Shown here: positions 32,250 through 44,819 of the stretch, one piece after another
Layout of the letters: every line of letters begins with the position of its first letter
Numbering within the stretch: the stretch's first letter is position 1
From: an uncultured Nitrososphaeraceae archaeon
Lineage (GTDB): Archaea; Thermoproteota; Nitrososphaeria; Nitrososphaerales; Nitrososphaeraceae
NCBI GenBank assembly: GCA_963765895.1
Contig: CAVXZB010000084.1
Location: forward strand, 384,001-448,000
Reading direction: 5' to 3'
DNA length: 64,000 nt
The notes under the pieces: model-generated
Told to the model about the DNA's origin: nothing
The model's database searches: none
Seen by the model: only the letters and a program-made list of their open reading frames with translations
Made by a program: the position numbers and the translations under genes

Positions 32250-35100
32250 CTATTCATTTACAAGTACTTCCTTGCGTATTAATTCCAAAGCATTTTCACT
32301 ATGTTTCTTTTGTTTATCTTCTCTTGCTGCAATACGCTCTTTTTCTCTTAAATCGACTACTATTGGCGATGGTGTTTCCGACCATTCCTTGATCCATTCT
32401 TTAATTGTGATGAAGCTGTTTTCGGCCGCTCTTCTTGTGAATCCATCTATGTCGTGTCCTGCAACCTGTGTTAGTTCATCGATGATTTCCATTAGTATAG
32501 CATCTGGCTTTGAGGGCTTGGCATCAGGATCGGCAAACGCAGTACATGCACTGGTTCTGATAAGTGACCGTTCGTCTCTCAATAGATCCTTTAGCCTCCC
32601 AAATACATCAAAATTGACTTTTTTCTCTTTATCCAGCAGGAATTTACCTAATGCAGGAGTTGCAGCACGACGCACCAAGTCATGGTTTCCGTATCTACTT
32701 TTATTAATCAGAAAAGTTGCAACTTGGGAAACAAGTTGCTTGTCATCATCTTTGAAGAACTCCTTTAATCCATCAATTGCCCACCTGGCTGGAATATTTC
32801 TAAATGTGTCAGTTCTTTCTGCAACATTTTTCAGTATTGAGATCATTTCCTCCTTTCTACTTTTATCCAAGATATGCTTGCTACTTTTTCCTAATGCGGT
32901 AGCTCGCCTCTCCTTCAACAAAATAGCTAGGATCACTATGCTGCTGAATCAAGGGTACAAGTAGATTGATAGAATCTTCTTTTTCGAAGACACCAATGTT
33001 TCGTACGACTGCTCTTCTGGATTTAGGATTTTTTATCCCGGAAGAAAAACAATCCACTAGAGCTGAATATGCCTTATCAGTTTTTAGATGGTCGTTTGCA
33101 TTATTATATGATCCGAGTGTATTAGCTGCTTCAACTGACACTGCCCAAAACGTATCCTTATTCAAAATTAGATTTTTTAATACTTTAACTATATTATCTG
33201 AAAACTTGTCTTTAAGGGCACGGATTGCGTCTATCTTGGAGAATATTGTGTCACCACGCTCCAATTGTGTTATGAGAAGGTCTTCTGGAGCCTTCGTAGA
33301 CTTGATTTCTTTTAAAACTTTGAAATATGGATCAATTGAAAAAGTCTTGATTTTCATCTTGCGACCTTGACTGTCAACTGGAATTTCAAAGTTTTTTTCT
33401 GTCACTGTTCCCAATATTTGGATATGTTCATCTAATCTTTTTTCTTGACTAGAACGAGTATTATTATTACTATTACTATTACTACCACTATCACCAACAC
33501 CATCAGGAGGTAAGAAAAAACAAAAACTATCTCAAGATCAATATTAAACATAGTCCCTTCCTGCACCTGTGTTACTTTTAATCTCAAGTTCTGGGCGTCT
33601 TGGAAAAATTCCACGTCTAGCTCTGGATGGCCTGCTCCAAATACCCACTGATCAAAGAAATGTTCCAAACTCTTACCCGAGACATCTTCAAGAATTTTTC
33701 GTAGATCGTCTGTTTCAGCAGTTTTAGTTCCGTAAGTATCTACGTATTTCTTTAAACTCTTCCTAAAGAAGTTATCCCCAAGATAATTTCTGAGCATATG
33801 TAAAATGCATCCTCCTTTCTTGTATGAATGTGAATCAAAGAGATCGTCCGGGTGTTTGTACACTTTAGTTACAATGGATCTCTTGTATAGACTTCTTGCT
33901 TCATCTAAATAGGCATCAGCCATCTGCACCATATAGTTTTGAAACTCATCTTTGCCTCTACTGACTTCGCAGTATAAGGCTTCAAAATATGTCGCAAACC
34001 CCTCATTTAGCCAGATGTGTGGCCAATCTTTACAGGTAACTAGATCTCCAAACCATTGATGAGCTAGCTCATGCGAAATAACATCATCGCTGGAATAGTC
34101 AAGTGAAGCTTTCTTATCGTACAGTATATTTCGTGTTAGAGTAGTACAACTGGTATTTTCCATTCCACCCAATTCAAAACCTTCAACTGCAACCTGTGAG
34201 TACCTTGTTGTACGGATAGTTTGTATTGAAATATTCCTCAAAACACTTGATCATCCTTGGAGTATTTTGAAAGTTCCGTATGCCATACTCCTTATCAAAA
34301 TCCACTGGCCAAAAATATGATAACTTAATCTTCCTTTCGCTCCTGCTACTCATATATTCTTCATCTCTTTGGCCAAAATTACCTATCACAACTGACGTAA
34401 GGTACGCGGGGTTGGGAATTGATTCTTCCCAAACATGTCTTGTTAGTTTTTTGTTAACAGTATTGTCCTCTCCTTTTTTCACTTGGTTTATTGCCATTTC
34501 TGTTCCATTGGATATAACTACAAAGTTTTCTGGAACAGTAACCTCAACTTTCTTAGCATATTTAACCTGGGGTTGATCGATACATGGGAACCAATACTTT
34601 GACTCTACTGATTCCCCTTGTGTCCAGGCCTGTATGTTCTTTTTACGATGAAATTCATCATATTCAATAAAATGAAAGCCACTTCTTGGTTTTGTTATAA
34701 CGAGATTATTATTGATGTATCGGTAACCAGCAGAATATTTGATCGTGAGGTTTAAGCTATCACCTTCTGTCAATTTCCTAGCAAACTTGACAATTAATTT
34801 ATCATTATTCGTGCTGAAATCCAATTCTTTGATATTGTTAGCATTTTCGCCATTGTCGATTGAAGGATCAGAATAAACCACTTTATCAATTTTCATCTCT
34901 GCTATATCGAGTTCCAGTTCATCAATCTCGCGTCTTGCGGTAATTTGCAAGACCTCTTCACAATCAGTAAGAGTCTTTGATTCAAAATCAGGCTTTATTC
35001 TAATCACCATATATTTGATATCAAATGGCAATATCGACAAATAATGAGTAGTACTACCAGGAAAAGCGAATACTCTGGTTGATTTATGGTCTGTTTGCAT
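32250..35100 (-). CDS. pepN: M1-family aminopeptidase with C-terminal HEAT-like repeats, split into four ORFs by indels
   Basis: WTQGE..WFPCID, GGMEN, HELAHQWFGDLVT..WLNEGFATY, YKKGG; indels at ~34203, ~33513 and ~32904. Confidence 0.9.
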
Positions 35101-35846
35101 GGATGATCTAAGCGAATGCTACTATTTGGCATTATAAATATGTCGTCATTAGCTGAACTGGAAATACAGCCGTTCTATATTAAGAAAAGTAAAGGTTCAT
35201 TATTATTATTATTATTTACTGACCTAATGAAACAGAGTTGTGATAGAGACACACTGTTTTCAAATTATTTAGATTTCAACTTGGTCTCAAAACATACATT
35301 GAAACTTTCCAATCTTGTAAAAGCAAGTAGAATATGGTTATATTTAAGGGGTTTGACAACATCCTAGAATTGATAGTTGAGCGTTCGTGATGAAAAGAAA
35401 AAGCAAATTCATTGGCTTAGTTATCCTGATTTTATGCCTTCAATATACATATCTCCATTGATAGTATTTCGAGGTAGGTATTTATCTGCACATGCCTACC
35501 GCTACTGAAGAGTGCATGCGGAGGTGTTAGTATATAATATGCTGCCAACAAGAATTGTTGTTATTGCTCCTATGACTAGCAGTGTCACGCCGTCGCTGAG
35601 TTTCTATTAATCTTCCTATAAGACTTGAGTTAGGAACTCTGACCATCATTTTTCTTGCTGATAATGGGAGGCGGAGCGCTAGTACAAGAATACATACCTG
35701 CCTGCCCTAGATCTTTTTTAGTTAAATTTCTAAAAGATACAAATCAATTACCAAGATACCTACTCATTCTTCAGGAAAATCAATCTGATTTATCAAAGGG
35801 CATTAACGTTCTTAATGGAGATAAATCATAAGGACGCATAGTATTT

Positions 35847-36087
35847 ATGGATCATCACGAAAGTATAAAAAAAGAAGTTATTCTGGCTGCAACACTTCTA
35901 ATACTCGGTTCAGCCGTATCATTAACTATAAGTGGTAACAACGTATTTGCCAAGAATACACAAGCTGGCATCACCAGAAAATCCTTGCGGAAACAAGCCA
36001 TTTGCGTTAAATATCAAGTGTGAGAATATAGCATCTCAGACTGATGGAAGCGATAATGCTGTAAATGCCTCGGGTTTACAACGATAA
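35847..36087 (+). CDS. Small secreted C-x10-C peptide (not in ORF track; extra G at ~35967)
   Basis: Repaired translation MDHHESIKKEVILAATLLILGSAVSLTISGNNVFAKNTQAASPENPCGNKPFALNIKCENIASQTDGSDNAVNASGLQR*; aligns without gaps to the 37870 core. Confidence 0.78.
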
Positions 36088-36335
36088 TCCGCCTTACAAT
36101 TCTTTCGCCAGTCCCTTTTTTCATTTTTCTATTTGTCTTGTAGTTATGTAAAGCTTCTATTCTGAATGAATATCACATATAATATGGTCCATATTATGGT
36201 TTTAGTTCGATTGACCACAAGAACGATTCAGGAGGGACGATCATTTATGTGTATAAGGCTTTGATCATCGAGTACTGGAAGTATCAAGCTACATTCTAAT
36301 GAGAGAAGACAAAGAAATATGATATTGATTGTAGT

Positions 36336-36385
36336 TTATAATTATTATTATTATAATTATTAAATTATAATTATTATAATTATAA
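36336..36385. repeat. Pure A/T quasi-palindromic (TTATAA/TTA)n tract upstream of corA
   Basis: tttataattattattattataattattaaattataattattataattataa. Confidence 0.65.
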
Positions 36386-36543
36386 CTTCGCACTCATAAA
36401 CTGGTGATGTTGAATCAGTAATAACTAGATTGCATCCATTCTGCCCAAGAGAAATCTATAAAATTATGATGCTGTAGATAGTTATAGCATTACAATTTTT
36501 TGTCAAGAACTTTTTATGAAGCTAAATTACAAATAAAGAATGG

Positions 36544-37692
36544 TTGACAATATCTGCCTATATTATAGGAAAACATTCTCTTAAGGAGGTCAATATTTCG
36601 GAGCCTCTGTCAGTTAGGAAAGAGATGAGGGAACATCCAGAAGATTCATTATGGATCCACGCTGATGATCGTGGTGACATATTTCGTTTACAAGACGTTT
36701 TCGGTCTACATCCACTAGCAATAGAGGCTATAGTTCATACACATCAACCTTCTAAAGTAGAAGAATACGACTCGTATTTGTTTACAATAATGGACGGTGT
36801 AAGGTATGGAAAACAAGATGTGAGTGAAGTCAGAAAAGGAGAACAGAATGAGAATGTAAGCAACAGATCTAGCGATCATAAGTATTCCGATAGTGATCTT
36901 GAAGAAGATGATTTGTATATCTTTTTGGAACAGAGGTGGATAATTACCATTAATTTCAATAGTCAACAGCTTGAAAGCAATATTAAACAAAGAATAAGTA
37001 GAAGTTTGACACCGTCCTATCGGTCTAAATCAGATCCATTATCAGAACAACAGCAACAACGCCAAGAACAAGAACAATCATCAACTAGCCACAGAAATGT
37101 GGAAAGCAGATATAGCAGAGCAATATGTGAAATAGTGTACCGTTTTGCAATAGAAGAAGTTATTTCAAGTTACCATCCCATACTGAGTAACATTAATATT
37201 AAATTGGAACAAATTGAAGATCAAGTAATACTTCATCAGCCTACGCAGTCGCAACTTTTAGATACACTTTTAATTAGGAGAAAACTCGCTTTCTTGGAAA
37301 ATAACCTAGCAATGGTAACAGCTGCATTTACCGATCTTATCAATGGAGTTATACAGAATGACCTTAGCAGGGATTCCCTAAGACACATTCGCTCGCTAAA
37401 TGACAGAGTGACATATTTAAAAAATAGCGTGGAGAATATGTACCAGAGAGTTATCAACTTGCGTGAGGCTTATAATTCTTCTTTGAATGCAAACTTAAAT
37501 GAAACCATTAGAACGCTCACAGTGATCGCTACAATAATTCTCCCTCTTACCTTGATAACTGGGATATATGGTATGAATTTTGACGTAATGCCTGAGCTTC
37601 ATTCACCTTTCGGATATTATTACTCTTTATTATTAATGGGAACAGTAGCTGGAGGTATGGTCATTTATTTCAAGAAGAAAAGATGGGTTTAA
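36544..37692 (+). CDS. corA: CorA-family Mg2+/Co2+ transporter
   Basis: FGLHPLAIE, KVEEYD, LTVIATIILPLTLITGIYGMNF, MPEL. Confidence 0.95.
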   Translation: MTISAYIIGKHSLKEVNISEPLSVRKEMREHPEDSLWIHADDRGDIFRLQDVFGLHPLAIEAIVHTHQPSKVEEYDSYLFTIMDGVRYGKQDVSEVRKGEQNENVSNRSSDHKYSDSDLEEDDLYIFLEQRWIITINFNSQQLESNIKQRISRSLTPSYRSKSDPLSEQQQQRQEQEQSSTSHRNVESRYSRAICEIVYRFAIEEVISSYHPILSNINIKLEQIEDQVILHQPTQSQLLDTLLIRRKLAFLENNLAMVTAAFTDLINGVIQNDLSRDSLRHIRSLNDRVTYLKNSVENMYQRVINLREAYNSSLNANLNETIRTLTVIATIILPLTLITGIYGMNFDVMPELHSPFGYYYSLLLMGTVAGGMVIYFKKKRWV

Positions 37693-37869
37693 CGTTCTGT
37701 ATTGTGTACATCCTGAAACTACACAAGAATGAATTCGGCGAGTCTGAGCATTGATATGACGATTGAGAAAAATGTATATGCTAATTGATACTACCAATTC
37801 TATCTTAATTCGACTAACATCGTCTTTGGCTACTTGTGCGACTAAAAGAAAATCGTTGGATGGCCCTTA

Positions 37870-38127
37870 CTATAAGCCTATCACATTGACAGCGTTACCA
37901 TCGCCATGGATTTGACTGGCCAAGTTCTGACAGCTAATCTTCATCGCCAAATTTCCATTACCGCAAAAGTTTGCCTGAGCGATTGTTTGACTTTGTTTGT
38001 TGCCATTACCACCATGATATTTTTTCTTACACTTGGCTAATACATCTTGACTAACTGCCGTTGCAGTTATTAATATGCCTGCAATTGCTGCGACTGCAAT
38101 GATAGTTATTAATATTTGACTTTTCAT
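37870..38127 (-). CDS. Small secreted C-x10-C, Gln/Asn/Gly-rich peptide
   Basis: Signal peptide ending VLA-K; core QTIAQANFCGNGNLAMKISCQNLASQIHGDGNAVNVIGL. Confidence 0.85.
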   Translation of the reverse strand: MKSQILITIIAVAAIAGILITATAVSQDVLAKCKKKYHGGNGNKQSQTIAQANFCGNGNLAMKISCQNLASQIHGDGNAVNVIGL

Positions 38128-38670
38128 CTGTATTTATGATTGTAATGTATTGATATATTTCAGTTAAGGAGTTGAACTAGCTATATTTGATATATTACTT
38201 CCATATTTTCTTTTGTTATGAAAGATAGTTGTACAATCAGCGTGACAATTTTTTTAGTATCGATAAATTTAAAATATTCGCTATAAAAATTAATACTAAA
38301 AGAAATATACATAAACATTTTGCGTTTACTTCTAAGCTTATCGTTATCCTCTATAATAACCGTATCTTGACAAGATGAAGACAATAATCATATTCTCCAT
38401 ACGTGAAATTGAGCCGTTACAATTCTATATATTAGAAGAAGTGAAAAATATATTTATATAATTATATTATTTTCGCAGTTGCAAAGTCCCTATTGGCTGG
38501 CCATGAAGGATATATTGTAGCTAGATAAAATCTGGTTAATAAAATTTTCGACAAATTCTATTTGTCAATGGTTGATCAAGCGTAGAGGTAGATCTAAATC
38601 TCAACTGCCGACGCAATTATCAATTTGATGAAAACCAATCCATAATCCCATTTTTCAGAGACAAAATAGA

Positions 38671-39459
38671 TCATTTAATCTCAAATGATTTAAGCATCAT
38701 AATTACATCAGGTAAGTAAACTGGATACTTGTTGGCATTTGCACTATATACAAAGAAATATGCAGTTCCATTGTTTACTGTGATTATTTCCATAGTCTTT
38801 CTATGACCCACAACTTCAGCTCCGGCAGATGGAGAACTATCTACAATGTTAGTCGCATACACTATCTTGTATGCAATATTATGGCTGTGTCCAAGTCTCT
38901 CAGGATGCGATTCGTAAAGTTGAAAGCTTCCATCACTTTCCAATTCATTAATTTCTTCTCTTACGTAATCAGATAATGATGCTGCGGCAGTCTGATTACC
39001 ACCAATTATGTATTTAGCTATTCCAACAAAATTGCTTTTACTAGTAGTCGCTTCAAAATCAGGGATCAAAAAACTAATAATTGGAGTAGAATGAACTCCA
39101 GTGAATTGAGTAGAGAAACCTTTATTCTTTATCCAGCTAGACGAATAGGAAACATTAAAGGGTTTTTCATCTGCGACTAAGAAACCTTTCTCTTTTGCTG
39201 GTGCATCAGATTTTGATCCCGATGAGTTATAAATTGGAGGATGATAACCACCTACTGTTGCGTCAGGATTATCAGTAAAAAGATTTGAGGCAATAACTCC
39301 AAGGACCCTATTGGACTGGTTGCTAGATGACGATATGGCACTTTGTTGTTCCGCAAGGGCAGATCTGTGATTATTCTTAAACAAATATGATTGCAGTAAT
39401 GTAACCGAAAATAAAAGTAGTGCTAGAATGATACACGTATACATAATATGGTTATCCAT
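38671..39459 (-). CDS. Secreted PsbP/Mog1-like protein
   Basis: Signal/TM segment; FNVSYSSSW, AYKIVY, MEIITVNNGTAYFFVYSA..Y..YLP..MLKSFEI. Confidence 0.75.
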   Translation of the reverse strand: MDNHIMYTCIILALLLFSVTLLQSYLFKNNHRSALAEQQSAISSSSNQSNRVLGVIASNLFTDNPDATVGGYHPPIYNSSGSKSDAPAKEKGFLVADEKPFNVSYSSSWIKNKGFSTQFTGVHSTPIISFLIPDFEATTSKSNFVGIAKYIIGGNQTAAASLSDYVREEINELESDGSFQLYESHPERLGHSHNIAYKIVYATNIVDSSPSAGAEVVGHRKTMEIITVNNGTAYFFVYSANANKYPVYLPDVIMMLKSFEIK

Positions 39460-39872
39460 TTTCTACGAAAACATATTCTTACACTATGCAGCGTTATTTT
39501 TAGATATATCCTAAACTAGAGTTAGACTTCTTTACGCCTTACATCACTATATTTAGGTCCATCCCTGAACCGGGACAAACAAGTAGTGCTTCCGAATTTA
39601 TAGCCTAGCACTAAATTGTTGTCTATTGCCGATTGAAATCCATAACTTTTAAATTCTATAGATTAATTAATAATTTTAACGGGCCTTTGTGCGTAACCTG
39701 CTCTCATCTTTATCGACTCCTGTGTCACACTTCAGACTTCATAATCTGACTGGTTATATCCTATAGTCAGATAAAGGTACTCAGACTTCCATAAGAAGTG
39801 CGCATCTAATCTATAAGTGGCCTCCATAACAACCCTTGCCGGTTTTCTCCTCCTCTTGGGTTTGAAATTTGC

Positions 39873-40200
39873 ATGGTAGAAAATCTTGTTTTAGATGTTG
39901 GATATGGTGGTGCTGGAGCATCCGCTACCCATGCTAGCGAGATAGCTGGAAAAAGAAGCTAAAGTAATATAGCTAGACATAGCTGAATAACTTCTAGAGC
40001 AAGGTCGGAAAAGAGCTAGCAGAATAAATCTCAATATCGATGAAATTAGGTCAGGCGATAGAGTGAAAATTGAAGGCTATCTACCCATCAATAGGAAATT
40101 CGATGCCGTTGTCTACGTATTCTTAATTGCTATCTACTTTAACTGATATTGAACCACAAACGAGGCTGAAAGTTTATGGAGCTAACCTATAGAGGAGCTT
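39873..40200 (+). pseudogene. Degraded class I SAM methyltransferase
   Basis: LVLDVGYGGAGASA, KVI*LDIAE*LLEQGRKRA and KFDAVV fragments with stops and frameshifts. Confidence 0.55.
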
Positions 40201-40231
40201 TAAATCGGTGTAGTTTCTGGTATCTATATAA

Positions 40232-41335
40232 TTATAATCCCTTTACTTGTATATCGTGATTACCCGGGGGAATAGTGAAGTCTATGTGTACAGTCTGTGG
40301 ATTCATTACTTTTATTGATACATCCTTATTATTCATCTTCCCATCCATTATCACAGATATATCTTGAGCTCCAGACGTTTTAGCTATCTTCAGACTCATT
40401 GGTCCGCCAGTAGGGTTCCAGTGTTTTACTCCGAATACCAAGCTATCCGTCGCACTAACATACTTGAAATCGCTAACACTCACAATCCCGTGTAAATCAT
40501 ACGCAATAGTCTTACCATTACCCATATCTAAAGTGTTCATGCCACCAGGATGAAGATCAATTTCAGCACAACTATAGTAGAGAATTTTTGGACCTTCTGC
40601 AGGATCAGGGTTTGCTGTAAATGCCACCTCTTCACCAGGCTTTATGACAGATATCACGTTACTCTTAACAGAGTCTATCTGTCTAGTCTTATCGTCATGA
40701 GCAGACGCAAAGACACTTATATCATGAACATCGACTGGTCCGATGTTCTTTACGGTCCCAACAAGCGACCTATCTTTACCTACGGGTGTGTTGGTATAGT
40801 TCAGTCTTAATGATTTAAAATATGGTGTTGGTATCTCTTTTACACTGGAGATATATGCTTTATCTGGGATAGTCGTTCGGTTGTAATCATCAACTACAAA
40901 TTTGAATGGAGCGCCAGTTAGCGGATAAATGACTTTGCCGTAGGTTGGTTGTACCATCGTTGTCATAAGTCCACTATCCTTATCCTTGGTCTTAAGGCCC
41001 ATGTTGACTTGAACTGGTATATGACCCATATTGTCAATTACCCCTACAATAATGAGTCTACCACTAGAATCTACGAAAGACCCTTGTTTAGTTAACATAA
41101 GCGAGTTAATGTTACTACTGTCAGCAGATACACCGGGCGCAACTATTAATGATGTAAGAAATAAGGAGAGCACACAGAAAGTAATAGCAAAAACTATTAC
41201 TGCTGAAAGTGTAATGACTTGTTTGCCTCTGGTTATTTTGTTTCGTATATTGGTACAAGGATAAGCAGATAGTGAATATGCCTCTCTTTTCGAAGTCCTC
41301 AAGATAGATACGAAATCTATGCTCATATTTTCCAT
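40232..41335 (-). CDS. Exported protein with FxLYD-like Ig domains
   Basis: TM/signal segment; IVGVIDNMG and LVGTVKNIGPVDVHDISVFA..IKPGEEVAF; start may lie downstream. Confidence 0.7.
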   Translation of the reverse strand: MENMSIDFVSILRTSKREAYSLSAYPCTNIRNKITRGKQVITLSAVIVFAITFCVLSLFLTSLIVAPGVSADSSNINSLMLTKQGSFVDSSGRLIIVGVIDNMGHIPVQVNMGLKTKDKDSGLMTTMVQPTYGKVIYPLTGAPFKFVVDDYNRTTIPDKAYISSVKEIPTPYFKSLRLNYTNTPVGKDRSLVGTVKNIGPVDVHDISVFASAHDDKTRQIDSVKSNVISVIKPGEEVAFTANPDPAEGPKILYYSCAEIDLHPGGMNTLDMGNGKTIAYDLHGIVSVSDFKYVSATDSLVFGVKHWNPTGGPMSLKIAKTSGAQDISVIMDGKMNNKDVSIKVMNPQTVHIDFTIPPGNHDIQVKGL

Positions 41336-42009
41336 ATCCTTATTCGTCGATATTAACCATCTTCACTACTATCTGTGATTAATCATATGATCTTATTAAT
41401 TATAAACTGTCTCCATCAAACATTATACATGGGTCTTTTGCTCATTGACGTAAAGTTCTCTTTCTTTTCTCTTTATCAATATCTGTTAAAATACTAATGC
41501 AATATTTCAAGTTCCATGATAATTTGTTCTATATATCTTTGATTTAATAAATCAGGCCTTACTTCTTTCTTCTTTTCATCTATTCTTTTTTTGTAAAATT
41601 TGCTTGATTTCCTTAGAGGTAAACAATACGGATTATTAGGTATGATTGGAAAGTAATAATTACGGATACATCATTTATAGAGGGAGGGTGAGATCTTGAT
41701 TAAACGAATGGAGATCTTTTCATCTTCTTCTTGATATCATAATCTTCAGGCAACACGTTCGGAATATAAAGAACGTACCTCAATACAGACGGCAGATAAA
41801 TCCATAATTTCCTACTATAGTAAGTGTCCGCTATTCACGATTTTGCTTAAACAAGACATGGTAGATGCCCACTAATGCGAACAATACGAAAGTTGTCAGA
41901 ATAATAGCTCCCACCCTTCCTTTCCTTTTTCACTTGTAAGCTTATGATCTATGTCTTATACACTATATCTTCAAATAACTTTTCTGTTCTTGATATAATA
42001 TAGAGTGAT

Positions 42010-43242
42010 TTGGCTACCGCGAACGAAATCAAAGCCAGATTAGAGAGAAATTGGATTAAATTCCTTAATGATAATTCTGCAAAATTCTCGTTAAAGACTC
42101 TTTCTGGTGCCACACCACCTTCAGTATTTGTTGGACGCTACGGTTACCCCAAGGTAAAAGCCGGACCAATGATGCCACCCATTCATGGAGACACAACAAT
42201 CCTCGATAAACCAGAGATGTGGCTTGGCAAAAGTTTAGAGGAGATTGTGAATTACAGGTTGTCTCTGGTGCGAGGAGTTTCAACAGTCAATGTTCATAAT
42301 ATAAGTGAAAAATACGTGGAATCTTTGCAGGAAGTTGCTATGACAAACAAATCAGTTGAAAGTGAAGCAACATTTGAAAAGGTACCGATTACAGACTTGG
42401 AGCAGGAAAAAGATTTGGGTTTAGATACTGACTCGGTCTCTTTTGGTCCTGTTGCACCCTTGAAGAGTTTTAAAACTTCATCCTCAATTTCAGTCGATCA
42501 AAGAATAGAAGATGTTTATTATGACAAAGATTTATCGGCAGCTCAAGGTATAGTAAATCTATATCAGGACGGCGTCGAAATTAGCAGTATCCATAGAGTC
42601 TTAAGTATTGGAATGTTAGGACTGCAAAAAAATCGTAGGTTGGTACCCACGAGATGGAGTATTTCTGCTACTGATGATGTCATATCAGCTGATTTAATAA
42701 AAAAAATTGAAACCTTTTCCACTATCGATCTCTTCAAGGTCTACAAGTATGCACATTTGGGCAACTATTACTCTATAATATTGATTCCAGATGAAATTTG
42801 GAGTTTTGAAATGCAGGAGGCATGGTATGATAATAATAGTGGAAATATGCAGGTCGGGGTAGACTTTGAAAATGCAAATGGTCTTGATCATTATCCGTCT
42901 ATAGCAGGAGCATATTTTGCTGCTAGACTGAGTGTAGCTGAATATCTTTTCAAAGCGAAACGTAAGGCTGCGGCATTAGTCCTAAGAGAAATTCACTCAG
43001 AGTATGTTATGCCTGTAGGGGTCTGGCAGGTTAGGGAAGGCATCAGACGGGCGTTTGAAGGGCAGGCAGAACAAATTGAGAATTTTGAAGAAGCCTTATC
43101 CTTTGCATGTATTAGTCTATCTTTATCTAAGAATGAATGGAAAAGAAAAAGTAAGATGTACAGGAGTAAGAGAGAACAGTTGAGAATTACAGACTTTTTT
43201 AGGAATAATAATGATATGTGGATGGCCAGAGATGCACCATAG
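42010..43242 (+). CDS. nreA: Nre-family archaeal DNA repair protein
   Basis: PPSVFVGRYGYPKV, RRLVPTRWSISATD, YFAARL, PVGVWQVRE, C-terminal PIP box QLRITDFF. Confidence 0.93.
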   Translation: MATANEIKARLERNWIKFLNDNSAKFSLKTLSGATPPSVFVGRYGYPKVKAGPMMPPIHGDTTILDKPEMWLGKSLEEIVNYRLSLVRGVSTVNVHNISEKYVESLQEVAMTNKSVESEATFEKVPITDLEQEKDLGLDTDSVSFGPVAPLKSFKTSSSISVDQRIEDVYYDKDLSAAQGIVNLYQDGVEISSIHRVLSIGMLGLQKNRRLVPTRWSISATDDVISADLIKKIETFSTIDLFKVYKYAHLGNYYSIILIPDEIWSFEMQEAWYDNNSGNMQVGVDFENANGLDHYPSIAGAYFAARLSVAEYLFKAKRKAAALVLREIHSEYVMPVGVWQVREGIRRAFEGQAEQIENFEEALSFACISLSLSKNEWKRKSKMYRSKREQLRITDFFRNNNDMWMARDAP

Positions 43243-43558
43243 CTATCACATTAAACGCCAATGCTTTCAGATTCGTAGATAGAAAAGTCAATAATTATCT
43301 GAAATAGAATAAGAAAGTGAGCGAAGCTTGAGTAGGCTTATCTGAATATGTTACCGGGGTATGTTACCAGTGTAAGGATATATTATATAGTACTTTTAAT
43401 TAGATCAGCGTTACCAAAACCATATCTAAGAACAAACTAAAATAATGAGCCGACTATATTAGGATCTCGCTCTTACTGCTAGATAACTAGAATAATCATC
43501 ATTATCCGTTATGTTCTAAAAATTACCTTTCTATCTATACATTATTTTCATGAATTTT

Positions 43559-44386
43559 TCATGAATAGTTCTCAGGTAAGGTTTCAATTTCTGCGATCAA
43601 ATCCCAGATCGAATTATGCCTGTTCTCCGGTTTAATTTCTATCATTTTCATGATTGATTGATCCAATCTAGAGGAGATGTTCGAACGATGAGTTGATGGG
43701 GGTTGTACAACTATTTTTTCTAAGGTATTATTGTTATCTTCATAGGTGATAGGTTTCTTGGAAGTAAGCATTTCATAAAATATTACTCCTATTGAAAATA
43801 TATCAGCACGACCATCCACAGTATCTCGTCCAAACCACTGCTCTGGTGCGCAATAGATTGGTGTTCCTCCAAGCTCTCCTAGAGTTGCAGTTAATGCTAT
43901 AGATTCTCTTTTAACATCTTTTCCAAGTCCCCAATCAGTAACTTTGATTTCATATCTATTAGGAGTTGTGTACATAATGTTGTCTGGTTTTAAGTCTCTG
44001 TGGTATATTTTCTCGCTATGAGCCTGTGCTAAAGCATTACATATAGGTAAGATTATTTTGTTAATTGTCCACTTCGATTCAAATAGTTCTCCACGGCTAA
44101 ACTTTTCATCCATATGTTCTCTAAGTGAACCGCCACTCAAGTATTCCATTACATAATACGGTGTAAAATTGGGAGGCTCACCGCCTACATTCCACTGAGT
44201 GATTTTGACGATGTTTGGATGGTCTAGTTGTGAAAGAATTCTTATTTCTCTCTCAAAGCGATCTTTGTTGATACTATTGAAATTTTCTAATTCTTTTAAT
44301 GCATACTTGTTGTTGTCTTCTCCGATTACTCCGTATACTGCCCCAAAGCCACCTGAACCTAAACGCTTTACTATATTGTATCTCAA
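43559..44386 (-). CDS. Stand-alone Hanks-type Ser/Thr protein kinase
   Basis: LGSGGFGAVY, ALK, HPNIV, HRDLKPDN, DWG, GTPIYCAPEQ, DIFSIG; likely TTG start at 44386. Confidence 0.92.
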   Translation of the reverse strand: MRYNIVKRLGSGGFGAVYGVIGEDNNKYALKELENFNSINKDRFEREIRILSQLDHPNIVKITQWNVGGEPPNFTPYYVMEYLSGGSLREHMDEKFSRGELFESKWTINKIILPICNALAQAHSEKIYHRDLKPDNIMYTTPNRYEIKVTDWGLGKDVKRESIALTATLGELGGTPIYCAPEQWFGRDTVDGRADIFSIGVIFYEMLTSKKPITYEDNNNTLEKIVVQPPSTHRSNISSRLDQSIMKMIEIKPENRHNSIWDLIAEIETLPENYS

Positions 44387-44743
44387 TACGTATAGATATA
44401 CATGTACGCAACACACTTTATACAGGTATAGTTTTCCCTCTGTCCTAATCCATCGATGGTTGCATTCAGCTAACGAAATGTTGGAGACACGAACTCTTAT
44501 TCTGGGCGAGATAGTTGGGACACTAATTTTCGGTATAAAATCAATGGCGTGTTTCTATGAAGGGTAAATTGTCTGAGAGGAAGATTTTCTGTTACTGGCT
44601 AACATTTCCCTAGCAGCACAGTAATTTGAATTTTTGAGCTACATGTCTTATAGATAGGATCTGGTTCTAGATTAAATTTATTTTACTTTTTATTTAATTC
44701 TTTGATTTCTTGAGTGCGTAGTGTTATATTCATCATCATCTAT

Positions 44744-44808
<65 letters not shown>

Positions 44809-44819
44809 TCCAACTAGAA

